Assembly (NCBI RefSeq): GCF_037042905.1
Contig: NC_087245.1
Coordinates: forward strand, 32,984,001 to 33,048,000
Origin: Lytechinus pictus
Taxonomy: Eukaryota
Direction: 5' to 3'
Length of the DNA stretch: 64,000 nt
Both the position numbers and the translations under genes were made by a program. Shown in pieces: positions 28,801 to 41,000 of the stretch (the first letter of the stretch is position 1; each line of letters opens with the position of its first letter). The notes beneath the pieces are model-generated. The model worked only from the letters and a program-made list of their open reading frames with translations. It did no database searches and was not told where the DNA came from.

Positions 28801-31800
28801 TACGAACATTAGGAATGAATGGGTTAAATGGTTTGTATTTTGCTTAGTCACTCTGCACGCTCTGACTCTGCATGCAGAGACGATGCAAAATATACCTTTG
28901 AATTTTCCATGGATTCGCTTCCGGGAACCTGAAGACGTGTGCAAAGGGATACGCATCAGTTTGAAACAGTTACGTGCAGTAACAACATGCGTCACAATGA
29001 TTGATAAATACGTCACAAAGGTAAAGCTATGAGATATTGGTATAAACATCAATAGTAAAATATCTCCAGGCATCTTTATTATTTTGCTCTATACTGACTA
29101 GCTCTACTTTCAGGGAGCATCAAATATAAAAGAACTTTGTTGCCCTCATCTAAAGACTCGGAACAATATGATTCTGTTCGGAAAACATATTTGGTGTTCC
29201 CCTCAGGCCTTATTCGTCTATTCACATGATGAATTTTATATTACAATTTACATAAGGTAAACTTTGATTTGTATTTTTTAACCTTTGCAATGACTAAATA
29301 TTAAGTGCAAATACACAAATACATGTACAGGTATTCTTGAAATAGATTCTCTTACCAGCTACATTCAAATATGTATTCATTTTCTTCCAATTCAATACAA
29401 ACTTACAAAGTGGTTTGTCAATCGTTTGCCACTGCTGGTAGTGATTACTTTATCCACACATATTTCACAGAGATAAGCCCATCAGGACGTTTCCTTTCCA
29501 AAAATGTCTAGGTTTATAACGATCCCATTCCTTTATCTACTGATGTACATGTAGTATTACATTACTCTCATGTTTTTAAATACTGCACTTTAGAAATATG
29601 TAGGTATATGAGCTGTCCTCTGATTAAAGATTTGTGTTTGTCTTTAAAGAAAGCGTGTAAGCTCCCTCTTTTTATCAAATTTAAGTAACATTAAAGAAAT
29701 TGTGTCAAATGCACTCTTAATAAATTGATGTTACCTTTATAGAAAGCATGCTAACTTCATTCCTCTTTTAATCAAAGTTACCATTGTAAAAAAAACATTG
29801 TTTTTTTAAAAAAACCTTTATAATAAGCATGTGATCTGCCCTCTGTCAATAATTAAGGTTACTTTAAATCCTTAACAAGAAAATGGGGACTAGATCGAGG
29901 TTGGCATAGAGTCAACTTATAAAAGACCTTCCTGGTTATTCCGAACATCGATGAAAGAATCAGGAAAGAGGGCGAGAAACATTAATGTGAAAGAGGATTC
30001 CAATTTTTTTCTCTCTTCATAAAATGACATGATCAATTTTTCATCAGGGACTTTTATAAAAGTCGAAACCAGTTGCTTCTTTTGGGGGTACAGGTGGGTG
30101 ACTCATGATAGCGAATCGATTGTCGGAAAAAACAAAATGTGGTTTGGACCACAACCAAGTGTCTTTAAAGCACCTACATCTCACCAACCTCATTTCCAAA
30201 TGACTATATTTTTTAATGTTCTACAACTTAGAATATAATATCCATTGGAGTATTTCCCACCTGATTGTCATGCAGTATCCTAAATATAACTGATCATTAC
30301 AATATCAAGATATTTTATGTTTAATGTGTATTTAACGTCTGATTTAAACTTGACTTGGAAATCAAACAATTTATTGGCTACACTAACATAATGGATAACT
30401 TCTAGCCGTGTAATGTAAAATTGCACCAATTTACTCATCTCATACCCTACTCTTTGACTAATTTCCAATATTTCACAAAAACAAATTATATATATGTTAA
30501 ATACCAACAGACCCTTAATAGTTCTTTACTGACAACCATTCCTTTTAATGTGTCTTTTCACGCAATATGATCTAGAGCATGAGATAGTTCTAAATGACTC
30601 ACTTCTAATTCACACAAATGTCATAACATGTTTAGGCTTTCCCTGTCAATGTACTGGCAATGCTGTGTTTCATTGTTCATTTCAATGATTCATTGTTGTT
30701 TTTCAATAGTACAGGTCATGACACACACTACCACCTTACAAAAATGTCTGAGAACAAATGTGAACACTTATTTTAACCTTGGTTCTCATTTTCATGTCAA
30801 CGAAAACCTGAAGACATTTTCTATCTACTTCTTGATATTAGTGGCAAAACGATTAAGTACACACTTTAAATTGACTGCATAAATCACCTCATACATCTCT
30901 TTAAAGAGCATCAATTACCTTTTCTACTTTGTGGCTTATAATCACCTCTCATTATATATACGAGCAAGGACATATATCGCCATGGTAGCCAAATCTATAT
31001 CCATGGCAACCTAACAAGCACTAATATCGGTGCGTGGAGATCCTTGGGCAATACAATATTCTTGGTAGAAAAAGATGAAATTCTAACCTCCGTCAACACC
31101 TTGTACAAGAACAGAAAGAGAGAGAGATAAAATGAGATATCAATTATGGTTAGTATTCATCAATCACCATGGTAACGTACCTTTAGACTGTGATGACTTG
31201 AGACCTTGGGGAGACTCCCGGATGCACATGTATCTGACTTGCCTAGTTCACCGGAGCTGGTCTTGACCATGAGTGAGCTAGGGGAGGTTTGGCTGTTCTG
31301 TATGTTAGGGGATGACCCATGGGACGTATGTAGTGCCCCTTGAGCAGCTGGTGGAGTAAAACAAAATAATCATAAAAATAAACAACCATCACAAAATATT
31401 TCTTTAACCCTCCATATATTGTTACAATGATTTTGAAAATATCTTCCAAGTGTGGACCAGGGAGCATTCCATCAACCTGACAAGTTGTCAGATCTGACAA
31501 GTATCCTTGATTGTGACTGACTGAGAAGCAAATGTCTGACTGTTACTATGGTAATCGTCAGAGAATGACATCTTATCAGTCCTGACAACTTTCATGAAAT
31601 GGAATCATGAAGTGATGATGATGATGATAACTTCATAATTATCATCATCATCACCATCATCATCACCATCAATCATCATCATCTATCATCATCATCACCA
31701 TCATCATCATCCTCATCATCATTTATCATCATCATCATCATCTATCATCACCATCATCAATCATCATCATAATAATTTTTTTTAATCTGTAGTAAGAATT

Positions 31801-31973
31801 AAATGTTATTTCATTTCTTAAATCGAAGAAAGAAATGAAATAAGATATGGAATTTTTCACTAAATGTTTGTTCATATTCACAAAAAAAAATCTTCATCCC
31901 TTTCTAAATTTCTTTTCCTACAATTGTTTTCCTTACCCTTCCGGTTTCTAATTCCTCTTCATTCCTTCCTTCA

Positions 31974-32010
<37 letters not shown>

Positions 32011-35000
32011 ATTTCTATGACTTTGTCTTTCGTTCTCTCTCTCTTCCTCCCTCCCATTCCCTCTCTCCCTCTCCCTACAATTCAATTAGTTCAAACCTTG
32101 TTGTTCCATGCTTGTATTGTGAGCGCCACCCTGTGAGAGACTGCGTCCGATGTCCGTCAGTGATCTGATCATGGGCAGGAGACTGCTACCCCTCTTGTCG
32201 CGGTGTTTCTTGTGGCTCTGATGATGATGCTTGCGTAGAAGAGCCTCCCGGACCTGTTCTCTCTTGCTCTCATCCAACTGTTCTGACATAATTAACTTGT
32301 CCAGGACAAGATCTAAGGAGGACACAAAAGAGGAGTTCATTTTCACCCACACAAGATAGACACCTACATGTATTTATTTTCTCAGTAGCATCCACTTTAT
32401 GCATATTGGAAGCACTTGGACAGTAGAACTATACAGTTTTTTTTTTTTACTGTATAGCGTGTTGAGCATGTTTAAACAAAAATGTGCTCTATAATGGCAA
32501 AAATGTATGTACAGTATGTTTGCAGGCTTGTCAACTTTTGGGACCAATAGCACCTCTTTAAAAATATCCTGGACCCGCAGCTGTATCTTTGTGTAATGAA
32601 TTTATCACAGAAATTGAAAATAATTGAGGATACCATTATGGGTATCTCCAATCAGAAGTATAACTTAAAATTGACAATCCTCACAATTCAGGTCAAAATG
32701 GGGACAATTTCACATGGCTCACCTGCAATCTGGACTATGTTGTCTGCCTCCATGTCCAGACACACTGTACCGTTAATCAGGCAGTTCCTCAGTTCAAACA
32801 GACTATGAAGAGGCAGTGTCGCTACGTGAGGTTTACTCCATCTGTCTGCATCCACATCTACATCCTCCTCGTACTTTATCCACCTGTTTACAAAGAAGAT
32901 TTTGAAGAAAGGACTTCATCCTGGGTAACCTATTAACAGTTCTCGTGACTTATAATGATTCCACTTTCCCCTACTTAACTTCACCTAAACTTATCTTCAT
33001 CCTGAACATATGAAACTGGTGTCCATCTTGTATCTCTTCTCCATTTGATTTTACCACTCCTAACCTGAGTCTGACCAATCCTCTCTGAAGTCTTATCTAA
33101 AGTCCCCAGCCAGCTTAAGTGTTGTCTTCCCCCTCGACTCTATCCATTCCATTTTATCTGACTAAGCCTAACCAAAAACAACCTGTAACCTTAACCAGAA
33201 GATCATATCCTCAGCATGCTAAACTGTTGCCTACATTGATGTTCTACTCCATCTCATCCCTGACCCTTGATTCATCTTAACCATAGGGCTACAGTGAGGA
33301 CCACTTCCTCAGCATGCTAAAACTATTGCCCAAATTGTCGTCTCTTTTGATTCCCTACTCCCACTTATCCCTGACCCTGATCCATCCTAGCCATAGGGCC
33401 TAATGGAGGGCCACATCCGCAGAATGCTTAACTGCTGGCTACATTGTTACCTCCTCTGATTCCCTACTCCCACTTATCCCTAACCTTGATCTATTGTAGC
33501 CTTGGGCTTCACGGAAGACTACATCCTCAGCATGCTAAACTGTTACCTACCTTGCCATCTCTTTCCACTCAAGCTCTTCCCCGTCAGACCCAACGCAAAG
33601 CTCCTCCATCTCTGTGAAGATCTCATGAGACTCATGACCCTCCTCGGCTTCATCACCAAGGATGAACTTGACCCTCTGAGAAGCATCTCCTGCAAGCAAA
33701 GACAGCATAAGGATTGTGAAAGGATTAAAGGAGTTGTTTCACAAATGGTTTAATGTGACTTCAAGTCATGCATCATACCAATGAACAACCTGCAAGTCAT
33801 TCCAAGTGTGATCTCATTGCTTGACTACCCTTCATCGCCCAAGATGAACTTGACCCTCTGAGAAGCATCCTCTGCAAGCAAAGAAGAGTCAGAGGGGGTT
33901 TCACAAGAGTCCAAAGTCATGCATCATACCAAAGAAAATACAAGTCATTCCAAGTGTAATCTTATCCGTAGACTGCCGTTCATCATCGTGGATGAACCTC
34001 ACTCCCTGTGAAACATCTCCTGTAAGTACGCAGGATATTAAAGATCCAGAGAGGTGTTTCATATAGTCCACAGTGACTTCAAGTCATGCATCATACCAAT
34101 GAACAAACTGTAAGTTACAAGTATTCCATGGGTAATCTACCCGTCATCGCCAAGGATGAATTCAACTTTCTGAGATTGCATCTCCTGCAAGCAAAGAAGG
34201 TATCAAGGACCAAAAGGGTATTGTACTAAGGGATCAAATGAACTTGAAGTCATGCATCATACCAATGAACATACTGTAAGTCATTCCATGGGTAATCTCA
34301 TTGTTAGACTACCCTTCATCACTAAGGATGAACTTAATTTTGTGAGATTGCATCTCCTGCAAGCAAAGAAGGTATCAAGGTCCAAAGGGGTTGTTTATTA
34401 AGGGTTCAAGGTAACTTGAAGTCATGCATCATTCCAATGAACATACTGTAAGCCATTTCTTGTATAAACTCATTGTAACCAGACTCTTCATCACCAAGGA
34501 TAAACTTGACCCTTTGAGAAGCATCTTCTGCAAGCAAAGACGGTATAAGGATTAAATGTGGTGTTTCACAAATGGTTCAAAGTGACTTCAAGTCATGCAT
34601 CATACTAATTAACAAATTGTAAGTCATTCCATGTGTAATATCATTGTTAGACTACCCTTCATCGCCAAGAATGAACTTGACGATCTGTGAAGCATCTGCA
34701 AACACATGGGATATCAAGGATCAAAGGGGTCTTTCAAGGGTTCAAACTGCATGCATAGAGTGAATCCTGACTATGAAGACATCCAAGTGGATATAAATAA
34801 AATAAATAAAAGTTCCTAAAATCTCATTAAGAGACTACCCTATTGTATACTCTACCAAAATTAGGTTTAGGTAGTATTATCAGAAGTCAGGTCCATATGG
34901 GATCATGATCAACAATTGTTTTGTGAATTGTCTATACAGAAACTAGATTGGATAGGATTGGATAGGAATAGCAAAATTCCTACTAAGATTTTTGCTGAGA

Positions 35001-38000
35001 TACCTGTACTCATTGTCTTCTGACAATGTAAGAAAGAACTTCTATTCTAGTTCACATCAATGTAAAAAAAGGAAAGGTGCCGATTCCCAGTCTAAGCTAT
35101 GACTAAACATGGCTTAAACTTTCGCCAAGGATCCATTCCAATTACTTATAATATACATGTAGGCAAGAGCTTGTTTTTTTAAAAAGTAATATTGATGTTC
35201 TTCTCTTATCATTACCGGTACCGTTTTTATCGAGGAGAAGGGCATCTGGTCTTGCATCCGGGTCGCTGTTTGGAGAGAACGCATCAGAGGTGGAGCTACT
35301 GTTGTTGGCGCTACTGTGTGAGCCGTTCTTTTTACCCTTGCTTTTGTGTCGGTGTTTGTGGTGGTGGTGATGATGGTGCTTCTGTGGCTGCTCTTCGCTG
35401 TGTGGGACATGGACACCTACATAGATGGCATGGTGACCTGCATGAAAGAAAGGCAGAGGGCACAAAGAGTGTTGCTGGTCAATTCACTATCTTCAGAATA
35501 AACCGTTTGGGTTAAAATATACAAGATAGACATCTTTGAGGTAATGGGGATGGAAATGTTCACTGCAGCTCTATTCAACTGTTAGATTTCAAAAAAAAAA
35601 AAAATTTGTAAAGTTATCATCTACAGTATCTATAGATGATAACTAAATAGCCAGAAGATTGACTTATTGAATTTATTTACACATCGTAAAGCGAAGGAAT
35701 CGATTTCTTAATGGAATGAGCAAGAAAGAACAGTACGGTATCTCTTTATGAATAAATTTATTTTGTGTCAATAATCATTTTATTTTCCATAACTTATGAC
35801 AACACAATACTTTTTTTTTTTAAGATCATCTTGAAAAATGTATGTCTATGATTATCAAGTTTGCATTCATTCTATCACCCACCCTCTCTCCCTGATGTTC
35901 TTATTAAACTGTTTCCATTTGTTACTATTATTCAATCATTGTTATCTTCATTTAGTTATTTTAATGATTTGCCCTATTTGCTCTTTTTATTCTCCACGAA
36001 ATACCATTGAACCTCTAGCGAACTGCTCCTCATACAAATCTGATGCAATCACAGACCAAAGTCTAACTTTTCTCATCTACAAGTCTAAAACGGAAATATA
36101 AAAAAAATATGCTTTGAAATATAGTTTCCTCCGAACCTTTGTACCAGCAAACGGAAAAGAGCTAGTCATAATCATCCGCATGAATACAAATCATCATCAT
36201 AAAACATGAACTTGTGTATACTGAATATGTTGAAATCATGAAGTATCCAGAAAAGAAATTCAAGATCTTTACAGTGCTGGTAACTTGACTTCTAACAAAT
36301 CAAAGACAATCTTCAGGTAAGAAATCAAGATATATTTCTTTCCGAAATTCTGTCTCGTTTACTTATATTTATATAAATTGCTTGACGTTTGGCAGACAGG
36401 ATGCTGAGGAAAGGTCAAAGGATCAAGAACACCATGCAACGAGCCGAGTCAGATGGTTTAATGATATTATGGATTGCGAGATGGGGCAGAAGGAAGAAGG
36501 GTTCGTCGTAAGTGCTCATGTTCCTCATGTGCATGAACATGAAGAAAGCGTGTTTCCAAGAATGTCTGTGTCTTACTCATTTGTGAACACAAAGAGTGTA
36601 CACATGACCTGGTATCCTTTGGAGAAAGAAATGCATTAGATCGCAAATGAAAAATATCACGCCGTACTGTCCCCGATATGCGCTTTTGATTGTTTGAAAA
36701 TCAAGTTGCAATTGATATATATGGTAAGTTGCATTTGATTGTAACTCATTCTTGGTATAGGGGAGTCACAACCTATGCAGGGTAAAACCAATACATTTTG
36801 GTGCAGCCAGTGACTGGTACTACAATACTGCAAGAAATTTCAAAACTGAGAGAGGCAACGTAGCCCAAAGAAATAACAACATTTCAAAGGAATTAAATTA
36901 TTTTCAGCATCCGACTCCATTTGCCCATAGATCATCTCAGCAGATAATGAGCTTTAAACATGATAATCCAGCTGGAAAATTGAGATGATATCATTTAACA
37001 GTTGCTTTGTGTCTCCCTGCTGAAATGACATACCACAAAAAATAGATAAACTAAATAAATTAGCATGGCTAATACATATACACATTTAATTCATCAAAAT
37101 ATTCATAAGGAAAGATATACAATACTTTGGAACTCGTGGGAACCCAGACACCCACACAGCAAGTAGGATGACTGATAATTTGCCTACATGTAAATAACCC
37201 TGTAATAAATGTACCGAAGTAAGATTTAATAAAGCAGGACCGAAATAGATTCTTTTAATCAGAGATTATCAATCAATCTAGAGTAGATGTTGAAGCACTC
37301 AGTCACACATTAAATCACAACGGAATGAGAGAAGATTATGGATAATGGAGAAACAATAACAAATTGATGAGGGAGAGAAAAGAAAAGATGTAAAATCTTT
37401 ATAGGATTGTAGAAAGTAAGAAAAAGAAAAAAAATTGGAATTATGAAATTTAAACATGAATATCTTAAATTTCAAAACTAGACCATCATAACATTAAAAA
37501 ATCAAAATTATCAGAGGTTGGAGAACTGTTATGCAATACCAATAACATAACACATGGAGCCAAGGATATGTTCAAACAAAAATAAATTTCTATACTTTAC
37601 ACCCCAATAGACGCCAAACAGGCTTTTTTCTTCCAAAGTTTTGTTTTCTTGTTTGTGTCATCAGAAGTAGATGTAGAATTAGCTGTATTAAAACTATTAT
37701 GAAAGGACCTGTGTAAACAGAAGAGGCACCAGAATTCTGTGCAAATTGAATAGAAAGTGATTTGACAGAAAGAGCAAGATAGAGGGAAGTCTCCCTCTGG
37801 GGTCAATAAAAAACTGTTATACACGTAAATACAGTACATAAATCTTAAGTAGATGTAGAACTAGTCGATATGACAAGGACCAAATGTTTCATGTAATCTA
37901 CAAGTTGAAATAAACAGCAGCAATCTATCAAGATATCAAGATTTCATAGGAATGCTCACTGATTCTCCAATCGTTAATGTTGTTTTATTTTTTATTGTTT

Positions 38001-41000
38001 TTGTTTGTCTTACTGCTGATCAGGACCCCTATAACTTAAAGCTTCGGTTTATTGTGCATGATTAATTGCAAACAATCAGCATCCGTGATTAATCTCTACG
38101 GCTTACTTTACGAGGCTCTGTTATGATCAGTGGATAATATGTTTGTTTATCAATATCAGAACTGAAAATCTGTTTTTGGTTCTCGAATTTACCTTTTGCA
38201 AAACAGAATTTGTGTTTTTGCTGTGTACAGTTTTTATGTTTATGGCAAAATGTAATTCCATTTTAGATCAAGTTTGAACTTCAAACTGAACAGGTTTTCA
38301 GAAACAGAAAACACTTTTTTTTCATAATGGAAAATCACTGTCACTATTTCATCAATACTTAAGAGAGGAATGTGGTGATATATGGATAAAAAGTTATAAC
38401 CAGTATTCACCTACTCAAACACGGCCTATGGACAATCCAATTCAACCCAAATGCCATGGCCAATGCAACGTCTCATTTACTCATAAATGTATCAGACCTC
38501 CTAGTACTTAGACCAATTATCAAATCAATGTCAGGCGGTACAGAGATTGTGCGTACCAGACGATGAGAGATAGCGAGAGAAAATGAGAGAGAGATAAAGA
38601 GAGGAAGAGAGCTACTGCACTACATATTCTCTGGAGTGGAAAATGGGGTCAATCGAAGGCATCAAAGCCCTCTGTGTCCCTGCCTCTAAGCAGTTATTAA
38701 AACAAGCCAGATTTCCCCCCTCCTTTCAATAATTTCCTCCAACATGAAGTAAAAATCTGTGGTGTTAGCCAAAATTAACGGGAACACTTTATTTTTGTGG
38801 TAAAAGGGCAATGTAGAAAATTGAAATAATTCATTTGAAATAAAGAAAACTGTGAAAAGCAATCAAAAAAGAAAAATCTAAACACACCTGTAGCAATTTA
38901 ATCTCCTTCAATAGGGAATATGTTCACATGCAACAGTATTCCATCATGTGAGCCAAAAAATTGTTTGCACGGATGTACTTTCTTCTTGATGAATCAATAT
39001 GTGAAATTACATTTCTGCTGGCTGTAGTGCAGGTAAACAGACTAATAAAAAAATGATCATAATAAATCTTTCTTAGTTTCCAAAATATCACGGTCATAGT
39101 GATTCATCCGAAACAGTTTCATCTTATTGACTACATACATGTATCTATTCTTTAATTGTATAAAGTATTGTACAACAGGAATTCTTGCATTATGTATTGC
39201 CTATTCCAGGGATATTTTTTTAATTGCATGAATGTCCTTGGCCTCATAAATAAACATCTATGGAATATTCGATTGACCAAGAGCATTGCTAAGAAACCAA
39301 GAGGTGTGGTTACAACTATTCAATGATACATGTACATATTATGCACCCCCCCCCCCTCTTTGAAATCAATGTGTATTCCCCTGCCCAAAACTGACAATAT
39401 AAGCTGTAATACTAATGATAATAATGCTCACAGATTGTTTGTCTACATCTTGGAAATTTCTCGGAAAAAAACCAAATGTTTTTTTTTTTTTTTTTTGAGG
39501 ACACTAGCAGAAGAGAAGATATATACCTGCAAATAATTATCAATTTGAACTTCCACCTGATGCAGTATAGATTAATGGATATGCCATTTCCTGTTGGTTC
39601 ATTCATATAAAATTAACTTCTAAAAATGAAAGATATATATTAACATACAGGAAACGCGTTACAAAATAGGCTATGTATACCAGTAACATTCTCAAATAAA
39701 ACACTGTTCACATTTGGTTTTAAGTCTCGTACCATGAACATTCACAAGCAATTAATTTGTCAGTCTTTTGGTTCATGATATAAATTGGAAAGTGAATACA
39801 CAAAAAGGTAGATTGCAATCCACAATGCACTGTTTGCCTACCACTTCCTCAACAACAAATTACCCATGAAGAATGAACAAGTGATGATACATAATTTGAA
39901 GATGATGTGCTATGAGCGGGGAGCGTTGTGGCCCAGTGGATTAGTCTTCTGACTTTGAAACAGAGGGTCGTGGGTTGGAATCCCAGCCATGGTGTGATTT
40001 CTTTAAGCAAGTTTATCCACATTGTGCTGCACTCAACCCAGGTGAGGTGAATGGGTACCCGGCAGGATTAATTCCTTGAATGTACTGAGAGCTGAAAGGC
40101 AGCTCGAGCGAAAGCCAGGGTAATAATAACAACAATGCGCCTCGGAATACATTATTTCTAGATAGATGGCGCCATACAAATGCCTATTATTATTATTATG
40201 ATGATGGTGGCGTACTAATGGCACCCTTTGAGATGGCTTACACAGCGAAATGTGTGTCATTTGCCATAATGTCTTTTTCAGATTGATGAATCCCTTGGTA
40301 CCGACACTGTTGCCAATTTGCATGATAGCATATGCAGAAAGATCAAGGGTGTATTGGGAACTTGGTAATGGTACATGTATGATACTTCCATCTAGACATG
40401 TGTGGTTCCATATTGACAATATCGTGGTCTAATTTTGATAGACTGCAAGAAGGTTGCAACTGCTTCACTAAGGTACTTCTTGCAACAACAAAATGAAATA
40501 TGAATAATCTTCGCAAATTCGAAGACATAACAAAGATAAATGATGTAATATTGTATAACGTCAGCAGATATTTTTCAGTCTTTGGTGTCGACTCCTATTT
40601 AAAATTTGATAGTTTTTATACTGATTTTGATTTTTTTTTCATATGCAGCAATGGCAATATGATAAAGAGCAAATAGGAAATTCTTGTGATGTCTGGCTTG
40701 GCTTGCAGGATAAGCTAACAAAAAGAAAAAAATCAGCTAGTTCAGTATTAAAAAGGAGAGGAAAATAAACTGTACAATTCAATATGTATCTTGTTTAATG
40801 TAACATTATTAATTTTGCATAATCTTTTATAACATGTTAGAGAAAAAAATTCTTCTACATGTATAACTGACTATGACTCTATCAGCAACAGAGTTTTAAA
40901 GTGACTTATCTTTTGCTACTGTTATTCAAATATCAATCCAAACAATCTGTAATAAAAATAAACAATAAAAAAAACTACAGCATAATATTGTATTATGTTC

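Noticed and set aside
33649-34790. CRISPR-like appearance (regularly spaced repeats)
   Set aside because: Eukaryotic context, whole units are homologous with no unique spacers, no cas genes
39918-39995. Possible tRNA gene
   Set aside because: Continues into a SINE body and ATT tail and has related dispersed copies; it is a SINE head
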